A program made the position numbers and the translations under genes. From Candidatus Latescibacterota bacterium (GTDB lineage: Bacteria; Latescibacterota; UBA2968; UBA8231), in assembly GCA_963422735.1 (NCBI GenBank), contig OY730476.1, positions 1,024,001-1,088,000 on the forward strand: a stretch of DNA of 64,000 nucleotides, given 5' to 3'. Numbering within the stretch: position 1 is the first letter of the stretch; every line of letters starts with the position of its first letter. Positions 41,081-51,125 of the stretch are shown here, piece after piece. Under the pieces are notes generated by a model. It searched no databases, was not told where the DNA came from, and saw only the letters and a program-made list of their open reading frames with translations.

Positions 41081-41815
41081 TCACTCAATTTCATACACCA
41101 CAGTGACATGCACGGTGACAGTGAGGGCACCTGGGACAATGGGAGTGGAAGTACGCGCACCTTCAGCGAAGGCGGCTTCTGTGGTCAGGATTGGCGGACC
41201 TGCGAAATAGCTACTTTCAGTGATAGTAACAGGTTCCCCTAGCCTTACACCACTTGCTGCCGCTAAAGTTTGTGCTTTCGCTTCAGCATTCTTTACCGCC
41301 AAACTACGTGCTTGGGTTTGTAATGGTGTGGTATCATCAATCATAAATTGAATAGAGTTAATAACGATGCTATTCCCTCCCGCTTCGGCGGCACCATCTA
41401 TGACATCACTGAGGGTCCCCAATTCTCGGATCTTCGCCCGAACGGTGTTGTTTACTCTGTAACCACGAAGTATGCGTCCGTTTCCTATATAGTCGTACTG
41501 GGGATAGATACTGAAATTCTCAGTTTTAATGTCTTTTTCAGCAACGTTGTTCGCTTTCAGAGAATTTATTAACGCTGTCATCGCACTCGCAGCTTCTTCA
41601 CGTGCCTCTGCGACTGTCTCTTTCTCAACAGACACACCTACATCGAGCGTTGCAATATCTGGTTCACCAGTAACTGAACCGCTCCCGGTTACATGGATAG
41701 TTCTGTCAATTGCTGAGGACGATAATACCTCCGAGGCAACATTCAAATCACAGGCAGTGAGTGTTAAAGTCAGCAATGTGCCGATCGCTAGAAAACAATA
41801 ATTACATCTTTTCAT
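41081..41815 (-). CDS. SIMPL-domain (DUF541) lipoprotein
   Basis: Lipobox LTA-C, TIHVTGSGSV...PDIA, DIKT.NFSIYPQY, A..KAQTLA.A.GV.LG. RBS GGAGG; visibly AT-richer than flanks. Confidence 0.9.
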   Translation of the reverse strand: MKRCNYCFLAIGTLLTLTLTACDLNVASEVLSSSAIDRTIHVTGSGSVTGEPDIATLDVGVSVEKETVAEAREEAASAMTALINSLKANNVAEKDIKTENFSIYPQYDYIGNGRILRGYRVNNTVRAKIRELGTLSDVIDGAAEAGGNSIVINSIQFMIDDTTPLQTQARSLAVKNAEAKAQTLAAASGVRLGEPVTITESSYFAGPPILTTEAAFAEGARTSTPIVPGALTVTVHVTVVYEIE

Positions 41816-41899
41816 TTTTCCTCCTATAAATCTCGACGAAAGCAGGCCTGGCCTCCAGTGGGCCGGCCGAGTCGGCCGCAGACGCCACGCAAAGGCCAT

Positions 41900-42014
41900 C
41901 CCCAGCAGGGCCAACGCCTGAACCAAGAGCGCCGCAACGCACAGCCAAGCCGCTCCAAAGACACCTACGCCGCTTGACATGCTCCCTAAAAGACCCTTTA
42001 TAATTCTTATACAA
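41900..42014. repeat. Copy A of an approx. 115-bp diverged repeat carrying TTGACA-19-TATAAT
   Basis: Aligns with 43987-44099 (ccccag.aggg, cgccgcaacgca, ccaaagacacctac.ccgcttgac, ccctttataatt). Confidence 0.88.
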
Positions 42015-42113
42015 TTCCGGGAGTTGCTGCAAGCTTTCGCGAATTAGAATCCGACTACTTTTATAGAAACCGCTTCGACGACAATGTTCCGCGCCTGGCG
42101 CACGAAGTGACCT

Positions 42114-43013
42114 ATGGTACGCAAAGATAGAAAAATCAGCAGCAGCGACGACGGCTGGATCATGAGCAACATGACCGGTCCCGTAACGCCGCAGACCATC
42201 AAAAAGCGCATGATCGACACCTATTCCGGTGCGCCCATTGGCGCGGTGTCGTGGTGCGTCGGCAATAGCGAGACCTACGAATACGAAACGGAAGTGGGCG
42301 AGCACACGGGGGACGGCTACACCCATTTTGCCGACGAGTGCCTCGCCTCGCAGCAGCGGAACCTCCACAGTCTGATCGCCCCGTGTGGTGGCCCCTCGAC
42401 CGAGGTCGTACGCCAGTTCCACGAGGCCAAGATTGACGTACTGCCTTCGGTGTGCATGAACAGCCACTACGACATCGCCTACGACTCCCGTCCCATGGCC
42501 AGATCCGCCGCGACCACCCCGGCTGGCTCATCGGCCGCCCCACCCTCGAACACGACATCGCCAAGGGCCCCGACTACAAATATCCCGGTGCCCGCATACA
42601 TGAAAAAAATCATCTTCGAACTCTGCGAAAAATTCGACGTGGACGGGGTCGAACTCGACTATTTTCGCCACCCGGCATTCTTCCGGATCGAAGAAGCTTA
42701 TACCAATCGCTATCTCATGACCGACTTTATCCGGCGCATTCGCCAGCGCCTAGACGAGGTCGGCGCACAGCGCGGCAATGACGACGACGAACTAGACGTA
42801 CACATCAATGGTGAGCCCGTACCCTGGGACAAACGCCGAGTTTCCCAAGACGGCTGGGGCTATACCGTCTTCGACGGCACAGTCTACCACACGACCATAG
42901 CGACGGAGCGCGTCGAGGGTACTCTGATACAGTTTGATGTGACCGATCTGCCTATCAAGAAGGGGAAGGGCTCATTAAGGGCACCGGACCGCATTTTGAA
43001 CCGGTTACCCTGA
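42114..43013 (+). pseudogene. GHL10-like protein, internally deleted and frameshifted (same family as 7196-8782)
   Basis: DDGWIMS, PSVCMNSHY, ELCEKFDVDGVELDYFRHP, MTDFIRRIR..LDEV, then an abrupt jump to a C-terminal domain. Confidence 0.7.
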
Positions 43014-43104
43014 CCGAGGTGCGGTTGGAGATCGATTATTTCTGATACCGCAAGGAGCAATTTAAGAAGCTGTTCAAAATTCAGTCTATAGCGAGGAATA
43101 TCCC

Positions 43105-43926
43105 ATGTCACTTCACGAACCCTTTACAGAAGAAGAACTATCGCCGATTCTCGAAGATTTTTACAAAAACGGTGCGGCCATCATCCGCAACGTCTTATCC
43201 CGGGAAGAATGCGAGCACATGTGCAGACGCATCGACCAGATTTTCGCCGAACCCTATTTCGCCGAAATGCGACATGTAAAAATAAAGCCACAGCTCAATG
43301 ATGGAGCACCCATCGTTGTACATCGGCTATTTGAATGCGACCGAATGTTCCGCGATCTACTCGTGCGCGAGCCTATTATATCTATTGCCGAAACAGTCCT
43401 CGGCCCACAGTGCCATTGCATGGCGCAGGGATGCATCTTGAACCGCAAGGATCGGGGCATTAACCGCTTTCACGTAGATGACAGCTTGGAATTTCCAATT
43501 GCGGACGACAATATCAGTAGCCATGACAGGCGTCTTCAGATGCCCGTTTTTCGCATGTCGTTCCAGATCGCCCTGACAGACCAAGACGAAGAACAGTATG
43601 GCCCCAGCCAATTCGTGCCGGGTAGCCACTATGCGGGCAGACACCCCAACGATCCAGAAAATCCAATCTTCGACGGTCAAGGCCCCACGTCCCTGCTCAT
43701 GAAAGCAGGGGACCTCTACCTCCTCAGCAGCCAAACCTGGCATCGCGGTGTCCCAAATACATCGGATCGCGTCCGCTACCTCTTTCACCAAGTCTATAGT
43801 CAGCGTTTCGTCGCCCAGCGATTCTGGCCCTATCTCAACTATCACATGCCCGATTACGTCCTCGAAGGTGCTAACGAACGCCTTCTGCGCGTTCTCGGGA
43901 AACACCCCGAAATGGCCTATGGATAA
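43105..43926 (+). CDS. PhyH-family dioxygenase
   Basis: FYKNG..IIRNVLS, FHVD, VPGSH, KAGDLYL....WHRG..N.SD..R. Confidence 0.9.
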   Translation: MSLHEPFTEEELSPILEDFYKNGAAIIRNVLSREECEHMCRRIDQIFAEPYFAEMRHVKIKPQLNDGAPIVVHRLFECDRMFRDLLVREPIISIAETVLGPQCHCMAQGCILNRKDRGINRFHVDDSLEFPIADDNISSHDRRLQMPVFRMSFQIALTDQDEEQYGPSQFVPGSHYAGRHPNDPENPIFDGQGPTSLLMKAGDLYLLSSQTWHRGVPNTSDRVRYLFHQVYSQRFVAQRFWPYLNYHMPDYVLEGANERLLRVLGKHPEMAYG

Positions 43927-43986
43927 GCTACATCAGTGTGGCTATTCGGGTCTTCGCCTTCGACTTCAACCGTCTGCCCGCCTGCG

Positions 43987-44099
43987 CCCCAGTAGGGCCG
44001 ACGCCGACCCAAGAACGCCGCAACGCAAGCGAGGCCGACCCAAAGACACCTACACCGCTTGACCTGACCTCCTAAAGGCCCTTTATAATTCCTATACAA
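43987..44099. repeat. Copy B of the approx. 115-bp repeat (TTGACC-19-TATAAT)
   Basis: Matches copy A and lies directly upstream of the RBS of 44115. Confidence 0.88.
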
Positions 44100-44114
44100 A
44101 AGGGAGACAGGCAC

Positions 44115-45116
44115 ATGATTAAACTGGGTATGATCGGATGTGGCGGCATGGGGGGTGCCCACATGCGGCGGTTTCACACACTGAGCGATCGGGTCGCATT
44201 GGCCGCTGCTGTCGATGTTGTTCCAGAACGCGCAGAAGCAGTCGCGCAACAATTTCCGGGAGCCTGTGTGGCGACAGATTATCGCGAGATTCTAGACTCG
44301 GTAGGTGCCGTATTGCTCGCGCTACCCCACCACTTGCACTTTTCCGTCGGATATGCGTGTCTCAATGCTGGCGTTCATGTCTTGCTCGAAAAACCCATGG
44401 CCAATTGTGAAATCGCCTGCAAAGAACTTATTGAAGCATCTGCAACCTCGGGCAAAGTGCTGATGATTGCATATTGCATGCGCTTTCATCCAATTGTCCA
44501 GCGTCTGAAAGCATTATTAGATGAAGGCGCGTACGGCGATGTATTTCAAGTGTCGATCTGGACCGAGCAACTCACTCGGTATCCCCCCGATCACTGGGCT
44601 TCGAGCAAAGAGCGATTGGGCGGGGGGCAGTTGTTTAGCCATGGCTGTCATTATATCGATTTGTTGCTCTGGTTTTTGGGGCGACCCGTGCGGGGCATGC
44701 ACATGGGCACAAATTTTGGTACGCCGTGGATGGAGCGAGAAGGAACGAGCAATGTGACGATAGAATTTGCAGATGGCCGCCTAGGATATCACTTTGGCAC
44801 CTGGGGTGCGCGGGGCACCCGATTGCGGTACTCAATCCACGCGCATTGCACAGAAGGTTTGCTCGATGCCGATATTTCAGGTGGCAAGCTCGTGCATATC
44901 CTACGCGGTCAAGAGCAAGTTTTGTTCGAAGCAGAGCCGGGCAAACACACGGAAAACGAGATGGCCCATTTTCTCGATTGCATTGAAACCGGGCAAACAC
45001 CGCTGACAGATGGCAGAAGCAGCTTGCAGGGATTGCGCGTAATCTGGCGGCTATATGAAGCCGAGCAAGCAGGGCATATTGCAGATTTGACGGGATTGGG
45101 TTTGGATGGGGCCTAA
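44115..45116 (+). CDS. Gfo/Idh/MocA oxidoreductase
   Basis: GMIGCGGMG, HVLLEKPMA, GGGQL..HGCHYIDL. Confidence 0.93.
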   Translation: MIKLGMIGCGGMGGAHMRRFHTLSDRVALAAAVDVVPERAEAVAQQFPGACVATDYREILDSVGAVLLALPHHLHFSVGYACLNAGVHVLLEKPMANCEIACKELIEASATSGKVLMIAYCMRFHPIVQRLKALLDEGAYGDVFQVSIWTEQLTRYPPDHWASSKERLGGGQLFSHGCHYIDLLLWFLGRPVRGMHMGTNFGTPWMEREGTSNVTIEFADGRLGYHFGTWGARGTRLRYSIHAHCTEGLLDADISGGKLVHILRGQEQVLFEAEPGKHTENEMAHFLDCIETGQTPLTDGRSSLQGLRVIWRLYEAEQAGHIADLTGLGLDGA

Positions 45117-45157
45117 TAAGTTGCGAAAATTCCGGAGACGAAGGATGAATTGGACAA

Positions 45158-46225
45158 CTACGAACTGTATTGCTCAATCTTTGCTTCGTCTACTTCAACG
45201 CCCAGTCCTGGACCCGACGGTACGCGGATTCGCCCATTTTCGAACTGCAACGGTTCAGCCAGCACATCATCCGTCAGGCCGTGGTAGCAGGTGTCGTTAG
45301 GTCCGGAAAAATTGGGGGTTGATGCCGCAATGTGCGTGATGGCGGCGGTCTTGAGTCCGAGATCGTGCGAACAGTGCATCAGGCACGGCACGGCATACGC
45401 CTCTGCGACGGTAGCGACTTTCTTGACGCGTAGCATTCCGCCCGCCGCTGGGGTATCTGGCATCAGAATATCAGCACCCTCGTTGGCGAGCAGAGTCAGA
45501 ACGGTGTCCGCGGTGCCAACTCCCATGTTCACCAAGATACCCATGCCAATTTCTACTCGGAACCGGATCAGCGCGTCGAGGTACTCGGATGAGCACGGGT
45601 CTTCAAAATAGCGAATCCCGATGCCTTTCATTTTTCGCAGTGTGGCTTCTGCATCTTTGGGGGAATATCCGTTGTTTGCATCTGGGCGGAGGATTGCTTC
45701 ATCGCCAACAGCGGCTTGTATCGCCTCGGCAATCTGGAGGTCCTGTCCTGGGTAGTCACCCGCTTTTGTTTTTAAGAAGCGAAATCCCCATCGGTCAATG
45801 TACTCGCGGGCGGTTGCAGCGGACTCTGATGGTGCCTTGAGCCCCATGCAGGCGCAGAAGTCCACTTCCTCTCGCACCACTCCGCCGAGCAGTTTACAGA
45901 CTGGCAAATCCGCCCCCTTGCCGATGGCATCCCAAAGTGCCATCTCGATGCCAGCCATCAGACCTCTACCGATACCCCCTGTTTCCATCGCTGAAATGGC
46001 CCCTTCGATGTTTGCCACATCTTTGCCAGTCAGCATTGTGTTTGGGTCCGTTTCAAACCTTCCCGTCCCTTCGCCCCAACCCACTACATCAGTGTCCGTT
46101 TCAACTTTCACCATAAGTCCCGCTGCGCCCAAAGAGCCAGTACCACCACCACGCCCGATGTAAGGTCCAACGGGCGGAGCGTATGGGATGGTGACGTTGG
46201 TTCCTGTAATGCGCTTGATTTTCAT
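45158..46225 (-). CDS. Mandelate racemase/muconate lactonizing enzyme family protein
   Basis: GWGE, IEMALWDAIGK, KxK (KTK), DAN, FEDP, PSGPGLGVEVD. Confidence 0.92.
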   Translation of the reverse strand: MKIKRITGTNVTIPYAPPVGPYIGRGGGTGSLGAAGLMVKVETDTDVVGWGEGTGRFETDPNTMLTGKDVANIEGAISAMETGGIGRGLMAGIEMALWDAIGKGADLPVCKLLGGVVREEVDFCACMGLKAPSESAATAREYIDRWGFRFLKTKAGDYPGQDLQIAEAIQAAVGDEAILRPDANNGYSPKDAEATLRKMKGIGIRYFEDPCSSEYLDALIRFRVEIGMGILVNMGVGTADTVLTLLANEGADILMPDTPAAGGMLRVKKVATVAEAYAVPCLMHCSHDLGLKTAAITHIAASTPNFSGPNDTCYHGLTDDVLAEPLQFENGRIRVPSGPGLGVEVDEAKIEQYSS

Positions 46226-46429
46226 TTTGGCACCGTATGAATAAAATTTGTGGTTTCCACTTGGCTTAGCCTAACACCCTTAGTGCCTTGTTGTCAATGT
46301 AAAGATGACTTGATGGTCTTAACGGTCCGCGCCTTTGGCAGGTTCCTCTTGACGAGTATGCGGGGGCGTTTCACGACCGAGCCGGACGCAGCTCGAAACC
46401 AACCTTTCACGGAGGTCGATCTGCCGGTG

Positions 46430-47115
46430 ATGGCGATCTCGGAAAAAGACAAGGAGACGTACGCCGCGCAGGGGTTTCTCACTCTGCGGCAGGCCTCTGC
46501 GAAAACCCGCATCGAGGCGCTGCTCGAGGCGGTCGAACGCCTGATCGACAAGGGGCTCGCGGAAGAGTGCGAGCACCGTCTGCCGGAACGCACCGGCCAC
46601 CTGCGGTACCACCGCGTCTTTGCTGACTGGATTGACGAGGATCTCGCACCCCATCTCGAGTGCCACAGCCTTAGACCGGGAGACGAGGACGAAACCGAGC
46701 ACCTGCGCCGACACGAGGGCCGCTTCGTGCAGTTCAACGCCCCGCTCGTTCCTCGGGACTGCTTCCTCCATATCGTCTCCCCGAGAGTCACCGGCGGGCA
46801 TCGACGGCGACGGAGATCGAAGCGTCCCCCAGCGAATCGGGAGAGATGCCGAACGCCCTCGTCGTCGAACTGGAACCGGGAGACAACGCCAACCTCTGGC
46901 ACCGGGGCTGGAACCCGGAGGGACACAAGCGTTGGACCATGCACTGCGCCTTCTCGAACGCTGGGGCGACGGTGATGGCGCACGAGCATGGACAGCGCGA
47001 GCAGCTAACCCAGCAGGGACATCTTGAGCAGATGCCTCCCGTTACGCGGCAGTACGTCCAGAGATACCTCGACAACTATCCCGAAGCGGACCCACTCTCC
47101 GTGTTCGACCTATAA
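46430..47115 (+). pseudogene. PhyH-family dioxygenase, frameshifted with deletions
   Basis: KETYAAQGFLTLR, VQFNAPL, VELEPGD...LWHRGWNPEG.KRWTMH in different frames. Confidence 0.7.
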
Positions 47116-47241
47116 CCATGCGCAGTTCGAAAGTCTTCGCGAGTGCCGAGTTCGAGATCCTCTACCGCGCCGCCCGCCACTTGCCTTGCTGGGGAATATC
47201 GGAATGAGAAATTTCTATTTCCACTCCCCACTGAGGACTCC

Positions 47242-47775
47242 TTACCGGACTGGTTCGTAGACGAGGCGGACGACTCCGTTGTCATAGGTCTCCGACGAGA
47301 CGAGCTTGAGGCGCGTCTGCCTCGTCGAGGCCTGAAAGAGGGGGATGCCGTCGCCCAGCAGGACAGGCATGACGAAGACGTCGTAGACGTCAACTGCGCC
47401 GAGTTCAGCAAAAGACTCAATACTCTTTGGACCCCCTATCAGCCAGACGTCCTTACTCTGCGGCCGCTCTCGCAGATGGGTGACCAGCTTAGCTGTCGTA
47501 CCTTCCCAGATCTCGGTGTCCGGAGGAAGGTTATTCAACGGCCGGGCGCTCTGAACGATGACCCTGTTTCCTTTGTAGGGCCATTCTCCGAACGCCAGTG
47601 ACTGTTCGTAAGTAACTCTGCCGATGACAATGGCGTCGATCGAGGCGATGAACTTCTCGTAGCCGTAGTCGCAGCCGTTGAAGGGTTCAAGCCACTGAAT
47701 ATCGCCGTTGGGGGCGGCGACGTACCCGTCGAGGCTCGTGGCTATGTAGGCGTGGAAGATCATGGCTCGTCCCAT
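47242..47775 (-). CDS. Dihydrofolate reductase-like / RibD C-terminal domain protein
   Basis: YIATSLDGYVA, IGRVTYE, DVWLIGG, PVLLGDGIPLF. Confidence 0.92.
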   Translation of the reverse strand: MGRAMIFHAYIATSLDGYVAAPNGDIQWLEPFNGCDYGYEKFIASIDAIVIGRVTYEQSLAFGEWPYKGNRVIVQSARPLNNLPPDTEIWEGTTAKLVTHLRERPQSKDVWLIGGPKSIESFAELGAVDVYDVFVMPVLLGDGIPLFQASTRQTRLKLVSSETYDNGVVRLVYEPVR

Positions 47776-48117
47776 GATGATTAGGGGTTGAGCGAATGGC
47801 CCAACAAGCTAGGGGAAGTCTCCGCACACGTCAATCGGGTAGCTGGCCGAACAGATTCGCACCCCCGTCCAACCGTTCACCGGTACCGGTCCAATGCAAT
47901 TATTGAGGACCGTGCATGGGCAAAATTTGCGATATTGTGGTGGCACAAGAGTCTTCGGCATCTTAGTATTGTTTGCACGGTGAAACGGAGATGGACATCG
48001 AGGGACAAACGCTAAAAATCGCAACAGGTGATACGGGCTGCGTGGTGTCTCTGCTAAGTCCAGCAAATTTGCAAATTAGTCAGACAGATCAGTTTGATTA
48101 GAGGTGTTCGGAGGTAG

Positions 48118-49080
48118 ATGCCGATGAGCGCAAAATACGAGTGGTGCCGCCTCACTGAGAACGCTGCATTCGCAGCTCGCGATGGCGCTGGCGCACTGGT
48201 GTTCAGGGATAGAATGTGGCTACTGGGCGGCTGGAATCCCGGGGATAAAGTCCATTTCCCGCTGATCTGCAACAGTGAGGTCTGGTCGTCGGCCGATGGC
48301 ACCTCCTGGACGCTTGAGAATCGCCATGCGCCCTGGGAGGGGAGGCATACGGCCGGATATGTGGTACATGACGGCCAGATGTGGATCGTGGGCGGTGATT
48401 GCAATCAAGGCCATTATCAGAACGATGTCTGGAGCAGTGCGGACGGTATTCATTGGGATCTGGCGCATGATCGCGTACCGTGGGCACCCCGAGCGCTCCA
48501 TTATACCCTAACCTTCGACGGCCGGATCTGGGTGATGGGCGGGCAGACGCTGCCCGATTTTGGCGGCGGTGATGAGGTCTTCTACAACGATGTGTGGAGT
48601 TCGGAAGATGGGACTAGCTGGACCCGAGTTATCGAGCGCACGCCGTGGGCGCCCAGAGGGATGATCGGGGGATCTGTTGTACATGACAACAAGATGTGGA
48701 TTCTGGGTGGGGGCACATACGATACGCCGGCAACTCCTATCCGCAAATTCTACAATGATGTGTGGAGTTCGGAAGATGGGGTAAACTGGAAACAGCACCT
48801 AACGCACGCTCCGTGGGCACCCAGGCAATACCACGAGGTGGCCGCATTCGATGACCGTATGTGGGTGTTAGAAGGCTATGCGGTGGCGAGTGGAAATCGC
48901 CGCGACGTGTGGTATTCGGCTGATGGCGTGGACTGGACCGAATTGCCCGATACCCCCTGGGCACCCCGACATGCAGCGAGCGCGTTCGTGTACGACGGGT
49001 CGCTGTGGATGGTGGCGGGGAATAATATGGAGCCAGACGTCTGGAGGCTTTCGCGCATGAGGCCATCTCAGCAAAAATAA
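48118..49080 (+). CDS. Kelch-like beta-propeller protein
   Basis: About six repeats of PW.PR.....V...MW..GG......NDVWSS.DG..W. Confidence 0.88.
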   Translation: MPMSAKYEWCRLTENAAFAARDGAGALVFRDRMWLLGGWNPGDKVHFPLICNSEVWSSADGTSWTLENRHAPWEGRHTAGYVVHDGQMWIVGGDCNQGHYQNDVWSSADGIHWDLAHDRVPWAPRALHYTLTFDGRIWVMGGQTLPDFGGGDEVFYNDVWSSEDGTSWTRVIERTPWAPRGMIGGSVVHDNKMWILGGGTYDTPATPIRKFYNDVWSSEDGVNWKQHLTHAPWAPRQYHEVAAFDDRMWVLEGYAVASGNRRDVWYSADGVDWTELPDTPWAPRHAASAFVYDGSLWMVAGNNMEPDVWRLSRMRPSQQK

Positions 49081-49089
49081 TTCGAAGGG

Positions 49090-49583
49090 ATGAGCAGTAC
49101 TTATCTAATGAAGTTTTGCCGGCACGGATTGATCAGTTGAGGGAAAAGTTCGGGGGCGGTTGGGAAGATCTCCGTGAAAGGGTGATCGCCTCGTGGGCAG
49201 ACATGGCTGTGGAACTTATCGGGAGGGGTACGGGATTGACCCTAGTCCACGGCGATGCACAACTGGGAAATGTGCTGCCGCGCAACCCACAATTAGATCG
49301 GCCTGTGATCATAGACTGGGAAGGATGTATACGAGGCATTGGAGTATGGGATTTAGCCCGAACTATGATACAGACCGAGTTACCCTCGAATAAGAGGCTA
49401 GAAATTGAGGAAGTGCTCCTGTCCCGTTATCAGGCTTTGTTGGTAGAACGCGGAATAAAGGATTACAGTCGTGAAGCTTGTTCTGCCGATTACCGCTTGA
49501 GTGTGTTGGCCAATATTCCGCATGCTTTAGTATGGGAGAGCGATTCCTATCTTGAGTCCGCGATGCGAGCCTACCGAGACTAG
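49090..49583 (+). pseudogene. 5'-truncated aminoglycoside/choline-kinase-like phosphotransferase
   Basis: TLVHGDAQLGNV, IIDWE, G..DLA. The N-lobe is absent. Confidence 0.7.
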
Positions 49584-49769
49584 GAATGTGATGAACTACT
49601 GCGTTGAGAATTAAACTATATGGAGATGAGGAGACCAACTGCAGCGTCTCTGATTCCCTGACACTTTTACTTCTGATGGATGTACTGGTTTTAACAACCG
49701 TTCTTATACCTGTGGGTGACAACCGTCTTTTGTAAGCCGGCAACCGATGGAGTTGATGTGCGATACAAC

Positions 49770-50000
49770 GTTTGAGCCATCGAAGGTCCAATTGAAACAG
49801 ACTCAGTTCGCGCACTTGCAGATCCAAGTCCCTTTGCAACAGCCCATAGCCATACTGGGGCACCCACACAAAGTATTCGATCTTATATTTCGTATGACGG
49901 CCTTCACCATAAGCCATCTTGGAAGCATAACCCAGCCATTCGCGGAAAGCGATCCCCTCTCAAAGACGGGGGTTTTAGCCCAAACTTTAGACGAATAAAA
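49770..50000 (-). mobile_element. IS200/IS605-family remnant: end hairpin plus deleted tnpA
   Basis: MAY..GRHTKYKIEY.FVWVP.Y.Y..L..DL...VREL resembles a Y1 transposase N-terminus; the HuH motif is lost. Hairpin CCCCTCT-CAA-AGACGGGG near 49954-49972. Confidence 0.75.
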
Positions 50001-50054
50001 CCGTCGGAGGATTTTTCTGGGCTGTCGTAGTTCTATCCATTTCCCAAGGCATTT

Positions 50055-50135
50055 TCAAATCTCCTTCAGTCTTCTGAGAATCAGCCGTCTATCCTTATCG
50101 GGAATGGTTTTGCTCTCTTTTTGGAGCGCATGCAG
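50055..50135 (-). pseudogene. C-terminal remnant of a Gp49/HigB-like (RelE fold) toxin
   Basis: LHALQKESKTIPDKDRRLILRRLKEI*. Confidence 0.5.
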
Positions 50136-50275
50136 CCGCGGCAAGTCTTTTGCGTCGGTGGCCTCCTTCCGTGCGAAAGGACAAGGTATATATTGGCAAA
50201 ATATGAAGAGTTTGCTAAATTCTTACTATAAAGTTGGAACTTATAAAAAGTAGGAATCAACGAAGGGAGCGCACG

Positions 50276-50518
50276 ATGGCCGTCGCCAAACTAACCTCCA
50301 AAGGACAACTGGTCATTCCCCAAGCCATACGCCAGCATATGCACCTGCAGCAGGGCGATAGCGTGGATTTTATCATCCAAGACGATGGCGAAGTGGTCGT
50401 CAGACCGGCCACCCGAGATGTGCGGGAACTAAAGAATATCCTGCCGAAACCCAAGGAGGCCGTATCGCTAGAGGAAATGGATCGTGCGGTGCGCGAGGGC
50501 GCGGGAAAAGCACTGTGA
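50276..50518 (+). CDS. AbrB/MazE/SpoVT-family antitoxin
   Basis: AKLTSKGQLVIPQAIR......GD.VDF. Confidence 0.92.
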   Translation: MAVAKLTSKGQLVIPQAIRQHMHLQQGDSVDFIIQDDGEVVVRPATRDVRELKNILPKPKEAVSLEEMDRAVREGAGKAL

Positions 50519-50910
50519 GGGGGCTAGATACCAATGTGCTGGTGCGCTATCTGGTGCAGGACGATGCGACACAGGCGCGGCGCGTGGCAAAAGAGATCGA
50601 AGCGGGATCGAATGCGGGCGAGATCTATTTTATTGCCGATGTCGTCTTCTGCGAACTGGTGTGGGTGCTCGATCGGGCCTATAGATACAGCCGGGCGCAG
50701 ATTGGCGACGCGCTGGAGGGCATTTTACAAACGCGCTCATTTCATTTTGTGGACAAAGACCTGCTCTGGCAAGGGCTGGGCGATTACAAAAAAGGTAGGG
50801 GCGACTTTGCCGATTATGTGATTGGGCGCGTGGGCGAAAAGTCCGGGTGCGAAAAAACGCTCAGTTTTGATCGCGCTTTAAAAGGCGACGTACGATTTGA
50901 AATGCTTTAG
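50515..50910 (+). CDS. VapC PIN-domain toxin
   Basis: GLDTNVLVRYL, ELVWVL, DFADY.I, SFD. GTGA overlap with the antitoxin. Confidence 0.93.
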   Translation: MRGLDTNVLVRYLVQDDATQARRVAKEIEAGSNAGEIYFIADVVFCELVWVLDRAYRYSRAQIGDALEGILQTRSFHFVDKDLLWQGLGDYKKGRGDFADYVIGRVGEKSGCEKTLSFDRALKGDVRFEML

Positions 50911-51125
50911 GAAAATGAGCAGGATCGCTCTGCCATTGGATTTTGGGCCCATCCGCCGCTGGATGAGCGTACTGAGGAACCCCACTGCGAATTGGCCAAG
51001 GCGAATTTTACTATGGTAATCGCCGGGTTTAGCAATTGCCCACTACCGACCCAACCCTCACCGGCCATCTTGACATCGGCGACGTGCGCTAGCTACTTTC
51101 CCTCCTGCACGCAGAGGTATTGTCC

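Noticed and set aside
41816-41980. 55-aa N-terminal extension of the SIMPL ORF
   Set aside because: It derives from repeat copy A. The true start at 41815 has its own RBS and lipoprotein signal.
46226-48117. Integron attC sites between cassette-like genes (e.g. GTTGGGC upstream of the DHFR-like gene)
   Set aside because: I could not find paired R''/R' and L boxes forming a hairpin, gene orientations are mixed, and there is no intI.
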